Shown here piece by piece: positions 1 to 11,546 of a stretch of DNA of 64,000 bases. The position numbers and the translations under genes are program-made. The stretch comes from Felis catus (taxonomy: Eukaryota). Within the stretch, counting starts at the first letter, position 1. Every line of letters starts with the position of its first letter. The notes below the pieces were generated by a model. The model made no database searches and had not been told where the DNA came from. It was given only the letters and a program-made list of their open reading frames with translations. The DNA lies in contig NC_058368.1 of the NCBI RefSeq assembly GCF_018350175.1, positions 83,020,001 to 83,084,000 of the forward strand, in the 5' to 3' direction.

Positions 1-292
1 ACAACAGCAAGAACAAACAGTAGCTATGAATGACACGTTAAATCAAATAGGCTTTACAAATATGTATAGAACATTTCATCCAAAAACGGCAGAATACATG
101 TACTTTTCAGGTGCTCATGGTATATTCATGATAGATCACATACTGGGCCACAAAAATCTCAACAAATTTAAGAAGATTGAAATCATACCAAGCATATTTT
201 CTGAATTGAACAGTATCAACTAGAAATCAGTTACAAAAAAGGAGGAAAAAACACGAGCATTTGACGGTCAGCAATGTTACTAAGCGAACGAT

Positions 293-395
293 GGGGGTGC
301 TTGATTGGCACAGTCAATAGAATATGCAACTGTTGATCTCAGGGTTGTGAGTTTGAGCCCTATGTTGGGTGTAGAGACTAGTTTAAAATAAAATT
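293..395 (+). mobile_element. Short old Can-SINE (tRNA-derived head only)
   Basis: GGGGTGCTTGATTGGCACAGTC..GATCTCAGGGTTGTGAGTTTGAGCCC with degenerate A/B boxes, no (CT)n tract and a short A tail. Confidence 0.8.
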
Positions 396-397
396 TT

Positions 398-605
398 GGG
401 ACACCTGGGTGATTCAGTTAAGTGTCTGATTCTTGAATTCAGCTAAGGTTATGATCTCACAGTTCATGGGTTGAAGCCCTGTGTTGGGCTCTATGCTGAC
501 AGTGTTGAGCCTACTTGGGATTTTTCTCTCCCTCTTTCTCTTCCCCTCACCTGCTCACACTTGTGCTCTTTCTTGCCCTCAAAACTAAATAAGTAAACAG
601 TTAAG
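398..605 (+). mobile_element. Can-SINE inserted in the tail of the preceding SINE
   Basis: GGGACACCTGGGTG head, CT-rich tract and A tail. AAATAAAAT is repeated at 386-394 and 606-614. Confidence 0.9.
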
Positions 606-1064
606 AAATAAAATGTAAAAAAAAACTAGTGTGTCAAAAAGAATGTGAAATAGAATGTACAAAAATATGTAGAGACAAATTAAAATGAATAATTCTGTGG
701 ATACAGCAAAAGCTGTTCTATGACAGAAGTTTCTAACAAGACTAACTCAGAAAAGAGTAAATATCTCAAATAAACAATCTAACCTTACATATAAAAGAAC
801 TAGAAAAAATAAGAAGAAAGTCAAAAACTAATAGAAACAAATACTAAAGAGCATAGCAGAAATAAATTAAAGACAAAAAAATGAAAAATATAAAGGAAAA
901 TTAAAACTTTTTTGAATAATAAACTCAGACTCATCAAGAAAAAAAAAGAGACTGTAGTCAAAAAAAGCAGACATAAAGTAGAAATAACAACTGACACCAC
1001 AGAAATACAAATATTAACACTATACTATAAAATACTTATATGCCACTTATATGCCACTATTTAT

Positions 1065-1270
1065 GCCCAGGCTGTTCAGTGGGTTAAGCATCTGACTTGA
1101 TTTTGGTTCATGTCATGAACTTGCAGTTCATGATTTCGAGCACAGTATTAGGCTCTGTGCTGATAGTGCAGAGCCTGCTAGGGATTCCCTTTCTTTTCTC
1201 TCTGCCCCTCCCCTACTCTCTCTCTCTCTCTCTCTCAAAATAAATAAATAAACGTTAAAAAAATTTAAAA
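1065..1270 (+). mobile_element. Can-SINE, 5' end damaged
   Basis: GGTTAAGCATCTGACT..GGCTCTGTGCTGATAGTGCAGAGCCTG, (CT)n, AAAATAAATAAATAAACGTTAAAA. Confidence 0.9.
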
Positions 1271-1423
1271 ATATACATGCAAACAAATTGGACACAGTAG
1301 AACAAATGGATGAATTCCTAGAAATGTATGATGTTCCCAATTTGAATCAGAAATAGAAAATGTGAACTTCCAAATTCATTCTACATGTCCAGCATTGCCC
1401 ATAAAACAAAACCAAATATACCA

Positions 1424-1497
1424 GAAGAAGAAGATCATGATGAAGCAGAAGAAGCAGAAGTATTAGGATGAGGGGAGGGAGGAGGACAAGGAGGAAA
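1424..1497 (+). repeat. Degenerate (GAA/GGA)n purine triplet tract
   Basis: Directly visible in the sequence. Confidence 0.75.
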
Positions 1498-1613
1498 TTA
1501 TAAACAAGTATCTCTGATCTACATAGATGAACGTGAATATAGAATAGAAAAGAAGAAATAGCATTTCCCATTTTTAAAGATAGTGTGATATTCTTTATTA
1601 AAAAATAATTTCA

Positions 1614-1817
1614 GGGGCACCTGGGTGGCTTGGTCGGTTAAGCGTCCGACTTCGGCTCAGGTCATGATCTCACGGTCTGTGGGTTCGAGCCCCGCGTCGG
1701 GCTCTGTGCTGACAGCTCAGAGCCTGGAGCCTGTTTTGGATTCTTTGTCTCCTTCTCTCTGTGACCCTCCTCCGTTCATGCTCTGTCTCTCTGTTGCAAA
1801 AATAAGTAAACGTTAAA
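1614..1817 (+). mobile_element. Young felid Can-SINE with TSD
   Basis: Near-consensus and CpG-rich. 14-bp TSD AAAAAATAATTTCA at 1600-1613 and 1818-1831. Confidence 0.97.
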
Positions 1818-1884
1818 AAAAAATAATTTCAAGGATCTGCAAAACACATCCAGCAAAATTAAAGAATTCAGCAAAGTGAGCTAG

Positions 1885-2620
1885 TTCTAATCTAAAGACA
1901 TAGGGTGTCAGAATGGATAAAAATAACAAGGCCCACATATATATATGCTGCATACAAGAGGTTCTTTTCAGAGTAAAAGACACCTGTAGATTGAATAAAG
2001 AGAGGAGAAACATTTATCAGACAAATTAGTATCAAAGGAAAGCTGGAGTGGAAATGTTTATATCAGAAAATAACTAGATTTTTAAACCAAAGATTATAAA
2101 AGTGTTGAATAAAGGACCTATCTTCTCGTAAAAGGGACAATCCACAAAGATCTGACAATTGTAAACATTTATGTCTCTAGCATGATTTGGGAGTACCCAA
2201 GTATATAAAACAATTTGTAACAAACATACAGGAACATATTGATAACAATACAATAATAGGGCACTAGAACACACCACTTACAGCAATGGACAGATAATCC
2301 AAGCAGAAAATCAAAAAGGAAACAATGGCTTTAAATGACACACTGGACCAGAGAGAATTAAGATACATTGAGATTATTCCATCCTAAACGAGCAGTATAT
2401 ACATTGTTTCAAGTTCTCAAGGGACATTTTTCAGGTTAGATCACATTGGGCACAAATTAAGCTTCAACAAATACATCCTTTCTGAATACAACACTATTAA
2501 ACTTAATGTCAACCACAACAGCAATGTGGGAAGACCATAAACACGTGAAGGATAAACAGCATGCTATTGAACAAAAACAATGGGTCAACAAGAAATCGAA
2601 GAAGAAATAAAAAATTATTT
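1885..2620 (+). mobile_element. Old LINE-1 ORF2 endonuclease fragment
   Basis: Degenerate match to the ORF2 5' end, homologous to 49315-50070. Confidence 0.9.
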
Positions 2621-2715
2621 GGATCAATTGTAAATGGGTTCTATTGTTTGATTTCCCTTTGGTTGCTTCATTGTTGGTGTATAGAAATGCAACCGATTTC
2701 TGTGCATTGATTTTA
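2621..2715 (-). mobile_element. Short antisense LINE-1 ORF2 fragment (target of the next insertion)
   Basis: Homologous to 4490-4585 (GTTGCTTCATTGTTGGTGTATAGAAATGCAACCGATTTCTGTGCATTGATTTT). Confidence 0.85.
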
Positions 2716-4587
2716 TTTTACCTTATTTTTTCAATATATGAAATTTATTGTCAAATTGGTTTCCATACAACACCCAGTGCTCATCCCAAAAGGTGCCCCC
2801 CTGATACCCATCATCCACCCTCCCCTCCCTCCCACCCCCAATAAACCCTCAGTTTGTTCTCAGTTTTTAAGAGTCTCTTATGCTTTGGCTCTGTCCCTCT
2901 CTAACCTCTTTTTTTTCCTTCCCTCCCCCATGGGTTTCTGTTAGCTTTCTCAGGATACACATAAGAGTGAAAACATATGGTATCTGTCTTTCTCTGTATG
3001 GCTTATTTCACTTAGCATCACACTCTCCAGTTCCATCCACGTGGCTACAAAGGGCCATATTTCATTCTTTCTCATTGCCACGTAGTACTCCATTGTGTAT
3101 ATAAACCACAATTTCTTTATCCATTCATCAGTTGATGGACATTTAGGCTCTTTCCATAATTTGGCTATTGTTGAGAGTGCTGCTATAAACACTGGGGTAC
3201 AAGTGCCCCTATGCATCAGTACTCCTGTATCCCTTGGGTAAATTCCTAGCAGTGTAATTGCTGGGTCATAGGGTAGGTCTATTTTTAATTTTTGGAGGAA
3301 CCTCCACACTGTTTTCCAGAGTGGCTGCACCAATTTGCATTCCCACCAACAGTGCAAGAGGGTTCCCATTTCTCCACATCCTCGCCAGCATCTATAGTCT
3401 CCTGATTTGTTCATTTTGGCCACTCTGACTGGCGTGAGGTGGTATATGAGTGTGGTTTTGATTTGTATTTCCCTGATGAGGAGTGACGTTGAGCATAGTT
3501 TCATGTGCCTGTTGGCCATCCGGATGTCTTCTTTAGAGAATGTTTAGAAAATATTCATGTTTTCGCCCCATTTCTTCACTGGATTATTTGTTTTTTGGGT
3601 GTGCAGTTTAGTGAGCTCTTTATAGAGTTTGGATACTAGCCCTTTGTCCAATATGTCATTTGCAAATATCTTTTCCCAATCCGTTGGTTGCCTTTTAGTT
3701 TTGCTGGTTGTTTCCTTTGCTGTGCAGAAGCTTTTTATCTTCATAAGGTCCCAGTAGTTCATTTTTGCTTTTAATTCCCTTGCCTCTGGGGATGTGTCAA
3801 GTAAGAAATTGCTACGAGGTCAGAGAGGTTTTTTCCTGCTTTCTCCTCTAGGGTTTTGATGGTTTCCTGTCTCACATTTAGGTCCTTTATCCATTTTGAG
3901 TTTATTTTTGTGAATGGTGTGAGAAAGTGGTCTAGTTTCAACCTTCTGCAAGTTGCTGTCCAGTTCTCCCAGCACCATTTGTTAAAAGGACCTTTTTCCT
4001 TTGGATATTCTTTCCTGCTTTGTCAAAGATGAGTTGGCCATACGTTTGTGGGTCTAGTTCTGGGGTTTCTATTCTATTCCCTTGGTCTATGTGTCTGTTT
4101 TTGTGCCAATACCATGCTCTCTTGATGATTACAGCTTTGTAGTAGAGGCTGAAGTCTGGGATTGTGATGCCTCGTGCTTTGGTCTTCTTCTTCAAAATTC
4201 CTTTGGCTATTCGGGGCCTTTTGTGGTTCCATATGAATTTTAGGATTGCTTGTTCTAGTTTCGAGAAGAATGCTGGTGCAATTTTGATTGGGATTGCATT
4301 GAATGTGTCGATAGCTTTGGGTAGTATTGACATTTTGACAATATTTATTCTTCCAATCCATGAGCATGGAATGTTTTTCCATTTCTTTATATCTTCTTCA
4401 ATTTCCTTCATACACTTTCTATAGTTTTCAGCATATATATATTTTACATCTTTTGTTAATTTTATTCCTAGGTATTTTATACTTTTTGGTGCAATTGTGA
4501 ATGGGATCAGTTCCTTTATTTGTCTTTCTGTTGCTTCATTATTAGTGTATAAGAATGCAACTGATTTCTGTACATTGATTTTGTATG
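2716..4587 (-). mobile_element. Young felid LINE-1, 5'-truncated (about 1.9 kb: ORF2 C-terminus, 3'UTR, A tail)
   Basis: ORFs 3938..4636, 3544..3762 and 2950..3519 encode ORF2p C-terminal segments, including the cysteine-rich CWRGCGE..HCWWEC motif. TTTATT poly(A) signal and T-rich tail at the left end. Confidence 0.97.
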
Positions 4588-4842
4588 TATGATCATTGTA
4601 ATGGATGCAGAAAAGACAATTGACAAAGTACAACATCCATTTATGATAAAGATCCTCAACAAAGAAGATTTAGAGAAAACATATCTCAATATAATAAAGT
4701 CCATATATGAAAAACTCACAGCTAATATTATCCTCAATGAGGGAAAAATGAAAGTTTTTTCTTTAAATTTAAGAATGATACAGGGATGTCCACTCTCACC
4801 ACTGTTATTTCACATCATACTGTGAGTCCTAGCCTCAGCTAT
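4588..4842 (+). mobile_element. Older LINE-1 reverse transcriptase fragment
   Basis: ORF 4589..4825 MIIVMDAEK...QGCPLSPLLF, more diverged than neighbouring young copies. Confidence 0.92.
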
Positions 4843-4865
4843 ACACACATATATACACACATATA

Positions 4866-5000
4866 TTAGCCACATGACAGGTGACAGGTAGTTTCTTATT
4901 GTAGTTTTATTTTGTATTTCCCTGATGATGAGTGATGTTGAGCATCTTTGCATTTGTCTGTTATCTATCAGCATGTCTTTTGAAACATTTCTATTCATGT
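4866..5000 (-). mobile_element. Older LINE-1 ORF2 C-terminal fragment
   Basis: ORF 4810..4998 contains MQRCSTSLIIREIQNKTT. Confidence 0.88.
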
Positions 5001-8000
5001 CTATTCATGTGTCAAGTAAGAAATTGCTGCCTCTGAGGTCAGAGAATTTTTTTTTCCTGCTTTCTCCACTAGGGTTTTGATGGTTTCCTGTCTCACGTTC
5101 ATGTCCTTCATCCGTTTTGAGTTTATTTTTGTAAACGATGTAAGAAAGTGGTCCAGTTTCATTCTTCTGCATGTTGCTGTCCAGTTCTTCCAGCACCATT
5201 TGTTAAAGAGACTGTCTTTTTTCCATTGGATATTCTTTCCTGCTTTTTCAAAGATTAGTTGAACATACTTTTGTGCATCTAATTCTGGGGTTTCTATCCT
5301 ATTCCATTGGTCTATGTGTCTGTTTTTTGTGCCAATACCATGCTGTCTTGATTATTACAGCTTTGAAGTAGAGGCTAAAGTTTGGGATTGTGCTGCCTCA
5401 CACTTTGGTCTTCTTACTCAATATTACTTTGGCTCTTTGGGGGTCTTTTGTGGTTCCACACAAATTTTAGGATGATTTGTTCTAGCTTCGAGAAGAGTGC
5501 TGGTGCAATTTTGATTGGGATTGCATTGAATGTTTAGATAGCTTTGGACAGTATTGACATTTTCACAATATTTATTCTTCCAACCCATGAACACAGAATG
5601 TTTTTCCATTTCTTTGTATCTTCTTCAGTTTCCTTCATACACTTTCTATGGTTTTCAGCATACAGATCTTTCACATCTTTGGTTAGGTTTATTCCTAGGT
5701 ATTTTATGATTGTTGCTGCAACTGTAAATGGGATTAGTTTATTTGTCTTTCTGTTGTTTCATCATTGGTGTATAAAAAGGCAAGTTATTTCTGTACATTA
5801 ACTTTTTATCCTGCGATTTTGCTGAATTCATGTAATCAGTTCTAGTAGACTTTTGGAGGAGTCTATTGGATTTTCCATGTATAAATATCATTGGCAAAAA
5901 GTGAAAGCTTAACTTCATCTTTGCCAGTTTGGATGCCTTTGATTTCCTTTTGTTGTCTGATTGATGATGCTAAAACTTCCAACACTATGTTAAACAACAG
6001 CGGTGGGAGTGGACATCCCTGTCGTGTTCTTGATCTCAGGGGGAAAGCTCTCAGTTTTTCCACCTTGAGGATGATATTAGCTGCGGGATTTTCATAAATG
6101 GCTTTTATGATGTTTAAGTATGTTCCTTGTATCCCGACTTTCTCGAGGGTTTTTATTAAGAAACTATGCTGAATTTTGTCAAATGATTTTTCTGCATTGA
6201 TTGATAGGATCATATGGTTCTTATCTTTTATTTTATTAATGTGATGTATCACATTGATTAATTTGTGAATGTTGAACCAGCCCATCATCCCTGGAATAAA
6301 TCCCACTTGATCATGGTGAATAATTTGTATCATATTCTGTTGAATTCGAATTGCTAGTATCTTGTTGAGAATTTTTGCATCCATATTCATCTCTCTTTTA
6401 TTGCTGGGTCTCTGGTTTGGGAATCAAAGTCATGCTGGCTTCATAGAATGAGTCTGGAAGTTTTCCTTCCTTTTCTATTTTTTTGGAACAGCTTGAGAAG
6501 GATAAGTATTATCTATGCTTTAAGTGTCTGGTAGAATTCCCCTAGGAAGTCATCTGGTCCAGGACTCTTATTTGTTGGAGATTTTTGATAACTGCTTCAA
6601 TTTCTTTGCTGGTTATAGGTCTGTTTAAGCTTTCTATTTCTTCCTATTTCAATTTTGGAAGTGTTTGGTTGCTTATGAATTTGTCCATTTCTTCCAGGTT
6701 GCCCAGTTTGTTGGTATATAATTTTCCATAGTATTCCCTGATAATTGCTTGTATTTCTGAGGGATTGGTTGTAATAATGCCATTTTCATTCATGATTTTA
6801 TCTATTTGGGTTCTGTCCCTTTTCCTTTTGAGGAGACTGTCTAGACGTTTATCAATTTTGTTTATTTTTTTAAAAAAACCAACTCTTGGTTTCATTGATC
6901 TGGTCTACATGTTTTTTTCGTTTCTGTATTGTTTATTTATGCTCTGATCATTCTTATCTTTCTTCTTCTGTTGGGTTTGGGGTGTCTTTGCTGTTGTGCT
7001 CTATTTCCTTTAGGTGTGCTATTAGATTTTGTATTTGGGATTTTTCTTGTTTCTTGAGATAAGCCTGTACTGCAATGTATTTTCCTCTCAGGACTGCCTC
7101 CGCTGCATCCCGAAGCACTTGGATTCTTATATTTTCATTTTCATTTGTTTCCATATTTTTTTTTCATTTCTTCTCTAATTGCCTGGTTGACCCATTCATT
7201 CTTTAGTAGAGTGTTCTTTAGCCTTCACGCTTGGGAGATTTTCCAGACTTTTTCCTGTGGTTGATTTCAAGCTTCAAAGCATTGTGGTCTGAAAGTGTGC
7301 ATTGTATGGTCTCAATTCTTTTACACTTATTAAGGGCTGTTTTGTGACCCAGTATGTGATCTATCTTGGAGAATGTTCCATGTGCACTTGAGAAGAAAGT
7401 ATATTCTGTTGCTTTAGGATGCTGAGTTCTAAATATATCTGTCAAGTCCATCTGACCCAATGTATCATTCAGAGCTCTTGTTTTTGTTTTTATTATTGAT
7501 CCTGTGTCTAGATGATCTATCCATTGTTGTAAGAGGTGTATTAATGTCCCCTGCAATTATCACATTCTTGTCAATAAGGTTGCTTATGTTTGTGATTGTT
7601 TTATATATTTGGGGGCTTCCATATTCAGCACATAGACATTTATAATTGTTAGCTCTTCCTGGTGGATAGAGCCTGTAATTATTCTATAATGCCCTTCTTC
7701 ATCTCTTGTTACAACCTTTAATTTAAAGTCTAGTTTGTCTGATATAAGTATGGCTACTCGAGCTCTCTTTTGACTTCCAGTAGCATTATAGATAGTTCTC
7801 CACACCCTCACTTTTAATCTCAAGGTATCCTCAGGTCTAAAATGAGTCTCTTGTAGACAGCAAATAGATGGGTCTTGTTTTTTTGTCCATTCGGATACCC
7901 TATGTCTTTTGGTTGGAGCATTTAGTCCATTTACATTGTGTTATTATTGAAAGATATGGTTTTAAAATTATTGTGATGTCTGTAGGTTTCATGCTTGTAG

Positions 8001-8049
8001 TGATGTCTCTGGTACTTTGTGGTCCTTGCAACATTTCACTCACAGAGTT

Positions 8050-8928
8050 CCCCTTAGGATCCTTATAAGGCTGGTTTAGTGGTGATGAATTCCTTCAGTT
8101 TTTGTTTGGGAAACCCTTTATCACTCCTTCTATTCTGAATGACAGACTTGCTGGATAAAGGATACTTGGCTGCATATTTTTTCTGTTCATCCTATTGAAT
8201 ATTTCCTGCCATTCCTTTCTGGCCTGCCAAATTTCAGTAGAGAGGTCTGCCACTACTCTTATGGGTCTATCTTTGTAACTTGGAGCCTTTTTTTCCCAAC
8301 TGCTTTCAGAGTTTTCTCTTTATCCTTGTATTTTGCCATTTCCAGTAGGATATGTCATGCAGAAGATCCTTTGAAGTTACGTATGAAGGGAGTTATTTGT
8401 GGCTTTTGGATTTCAATGCCTCTTTCCTTCCCCAGATCCTGGAAGGTCTCAGCTGTGATTTGTTCAGGCTCACCTCCAGCCCCTTACACTCTCTCTTCTT
8501 CTTCTGGAATTCTTATGATAAGGATATTGTTCCATTTGATTGCTTCACTTAGTTCTCTAATTCTCCCCTCATACTCCTGGAATTTTTTTTTATCTCTCTT
8601 TTTCTCAGCTTCCTCTTTTTCTGTAATTTTATCTTCTAGTTTACCTATTTTCTCCTCTGCCTCTTCAATCCATGATATGGCTGCCTCAATTTTATTCTGC
8701 ACCTTATTTATCGCAATTTTTAGTTCCTCATGACTGTTTTTTAGTCCCTTGATCTCTGTAGCAATAGATTCTGTGCTGCCCTCTATGCTGTTTTGAAGCC
8801 CAACGATTAATTTTATGATTATTATTCTAAATTATTGTTCTGTTATATTGCTTAAGTCATTTTTGATCAACATGTTGGCTGTCACTACTTCTGAGAATTT
8901 CTTTTGAGAAAATTTCTTGTTTTGTCAT
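8050..8928 (-). pseudogene. Disrupted L1 ORF1 (RNA-binding coiled-coil protein)
   Basis: ATG at 8928-8926 and coiled-coil heptads (IEEAEEKIGKLEDKITEKEEAEKKRDKK). Frameshifted. Confidence 0.9.
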
Positions 8929-9852
8929 TTTAGGTAGTCCATGTGGTAGCTCCAAACTGCATTGCACTTCCCCTGTGCTATTCAGAGTAACTTGTCTTGG
9001 TGGGTCAGGCCCAGTCAGACCTGATGTCTGCCCCCAGCCCACCACTGGGGCCACAGTCAGACTGGTGTGTACCTTATATTACCTTCTCCCAGAGGCAGGA
9101 CTCACTGTGGAGTGATGTGGCCCCTGTCTGGACTGCTTGCACACTGTCAGGCTTGTGATGCTGCTTCGATGGTATCTGGCCAATGGGGTATTAGACTGGG
9201 TGGATCTGCAAGGTGCACATGGGCGGGAGGGCCAGGATTAGCTAGCTTTCCCTTGGTGGTCCCCTGTGGGAGGGGTCCTGCAGCACTGGGAGGGAGGCAG
9301 GCCCATCAGAGGGATGGATCCACAGAAGCACAGTGTTGGTCATTTGCGCAGTGCAAGCAAGTTTGGTGAGGGAAACTTGTTCCCTTTGGAATTTCGGCTG
9401 GGGGATGGGAGAGAGAAATGGCACTGGCCAGCACCTTTGTTTCCATGCCAATCTGAGCTCTGTCCTTCTGGTGCTCAACTCTCCCTTCCTGCGTCTTCTC
9501 ATCCTCCCTGCTCTCTGAGAGCAGAGCCGTTGATTTTTAACATTCCAGATGTTAAGTCTCACTGGCTGTGAGAACTCACAGAGTCTAGCCCCTCCACTAT
9601 TGCAAGCCAGACTTCAGGGAACTCTGCCTTGCCAGGCGTGCTGCCCCTCCACTGCCCTGCTCCCTCCCACCAGTCCATGTAGCACGCACTGCTTCTCCAT
9701 CCTTCCTAGCCTCTTCTGTGGACCTCTTGTCTACAGTTGGCTCTGGAGAGTCCATTCTGCTAGTCTTATGGCTGCTTTCTGGGTTATTTAGGCCGATGTG
9801 GGTGGAATCTAAGTGATCAGCAAGACGAGGTGAGCCCAGCATCCCCTACACT

Positions 9853-9860
9853 GCCATCTT
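9853..9860 (-). promoter_or_regulatory. YY1-type motif AAGATGGC at the L1 5' terminus
   Basis: Same motif and position as the YY1 site known at mammalian L1 5' ends. Also present at 44723-44730. Confidence 0.7.
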
Positions 9861-9901
9861 CCCAGAATAGTGTCTCATTCTTAAAATTTTAAATTAATAT
9901 T

Positions 9902-10105
9902 GGGGTGCCTGGCTGGTTCAGTGAAGTGTCTGTTGATATATAGGTCATGTTCTCATGGTTATGGGATCAAGATCTACAATGGGCTCCATGCTGATCATGA
10001 AGCCTTCTTAAGATTCTCTCTCCCTCTCTGCCCCTTCCTCCCACCTTCATGTGGTCTCCTCTCTCTCTTTCTCGCTCTCTCAAAATAAATAAACCTTTGA
10101 AAAAG
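9902..10105 (+). mobile_element. Can-SINE
   Basis: GGGGTGCCTGGCTGG head, CT tract and tail. Flanks AAATTT(T/A)AAATTAATA repeat on both sides. Confidence 0.93.
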
Positions 10106-10477
10106 AAATTTAAAATTAATACTATCACTATACACTAGAAATCATTCATCAATTTATGAACAGTTCACAGTTTAAACTTATAAAAGAAATATGCATTTAA
10201 AATAGTTGAATAATAACAAGAGACTTTAATAGTATTATAACATTTAGAGACTTTGAAACATGCATAAGGAAATTCACATATTCCTCTACTGCTTGTGGAA
10301 TCAACTGAAATTCATATTAACATAAGAATTGGTAAACAAGTCATGGTAGAAATTAAAAAAAAACAAAATATAATTCCACAATTTATGTGAATGGTGTGCA
10401 ACTGCATCACTGCATGTATCTACAATATTAACCATTGTTTCTCTAAGTTAGAATTTCTTAATAAGGTGCATGACATA

Positions 10478-10696
10478 GGGGCACCTGGGTGGCTCAGTTG
10501 GTTAAGTGCTGGACTTCAGCTCAGGTCATCATCTCATAGTTCATGGGTTCAAGCCCCACATCAAGCTCTGTGCTGAAAGCTCAGGCCTGGAGCTTGTTTC
10601 AAATTCTGTGTCTCCCTCTCTCTGACCCTCCCTGCCACTTTCTCTCTGCTCTCTCTCTCTCTGTCTCTCTGTCAAAAATAAATAGACATTAAAAAC
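10478..10696 (+). mobile_element. Can-SINE
   Basis: Full head, (CT)n and tail. Imperfect TSD TAAG(G/A)TGCATGA(C/T)ATA. Confidence 0.95.
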
Positions 10697-11369
10697 ATTA
10701 AGATGCATGATATATGTTTAAAGTATTGTTTCAAGTGATAGTAACCTTTTTGGATTTATTCATTTTTAGCCAAAACTAGAACCATTCATTTTTTTTCCCT
10801 TCTATAATGATTAGTGCAGGAATCTAGGCAGAATGGTTTTTAGTAAAGGAATTTGGTGCCAAACATCTAAAGATTATCTCCATCCCACAGTCTCTGCCCC
10901 AACATGATTCAGAAGTGATGAGAACACTGTTCCCACTATGGGAACATTTTTTTTACAGGAAGGAAAGGAATGGATGCTGGCAGAGTGCTGTGGAGGATAT
11001 GGCTGCTCCCATATGCAAAAAGTTGATTCACGGTGACAATGGGAAAATGGAGGCAGAAGAGATCTCTGGTCCAATTCCACATTTCAATTACTGGAGTGGA
11101 CACCAAACTGGCCAAATAGTTTACACGTGTAGAAGATCAAGGAAACAAGAAGTCTGGGAATCATCTTTGTCATATTCCAATAAGAAGAATGGTGAAATGG
11201 AGCTTGAATAAGAAAATCCATAGTACTTACCACACACAAGGATAAACTAATACTGATTTCATGCTATTGGTTACTGCAACAATAGAAAGTGGGAATAACA
11301 AGGAAGGGATTAGGAAAAGCACCACCAAACCTCATTTCTATCTGTATTTCTTTTTTTGAAAAAGATCAT

Positions 11370-11546
11370 GGGGCACCTGGGTTGTTCAGTAGGTTGGGAG
11401 TCCGACTTCAGCTCAGGTCATGATCTCACAGGTCGTGAGGTCGAGCCCCACATCAGGCTCTGTGCTGACAGCTCAGAGCCTGGAGCCTACTTTGGATTCT
11501 GTCTGTCTGTCTGTATCTGTCTTAAAAATAAACATTAAAAATTTTA
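11370..11546 (+). mobile_element. Can-SINE with shortened CT region
   Basis: Consensus head and body. Flanks AAAAAGATCAT and AAAAAGAATCAT. Confidence 0.95.

Larger units (their letters stand above)
1..1420 (+). mobile_element. Old LINE-1 ORF2 fragment (endonuclease C-terminal part and linker), interrupted by three SINEs
   Basis: ORF 26..223 reads YRTFHPKTAEY..FSGAHG..IDHILGHK, the L1 endonuclease motif region. A-rich ORF2-like sequence continues at 626-1030 and 1270-1420. Confidence 0.9.
5007..9863 (-). mobile_element. Felid LINE-1 with complete 5'UTR, disrupted ORF1 and ORF2, 3' end (about 1.1 kb) missing
   Basis: Continuous chain of ORF2 fragments (RT 5863..6390, EN 7218..7823) and ORF1 fragments (8484..8702), then a GC-rich 5'UTR homologous to 43820-44738. 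Confidence 0.97.

Noticed and set aside
293..372. tRNA gene
   Set aside because: It is a tRNA-derived SINE head with degenerate stems and an A-rich tail, not an intact cloverleaf.
1625..1816. Recurrent ~65-aa ORFs (AQVMIS..GSVLTAQSLEP) as a small gene family
   Set aside because: These are translations of Can-SINE consensus sequence.
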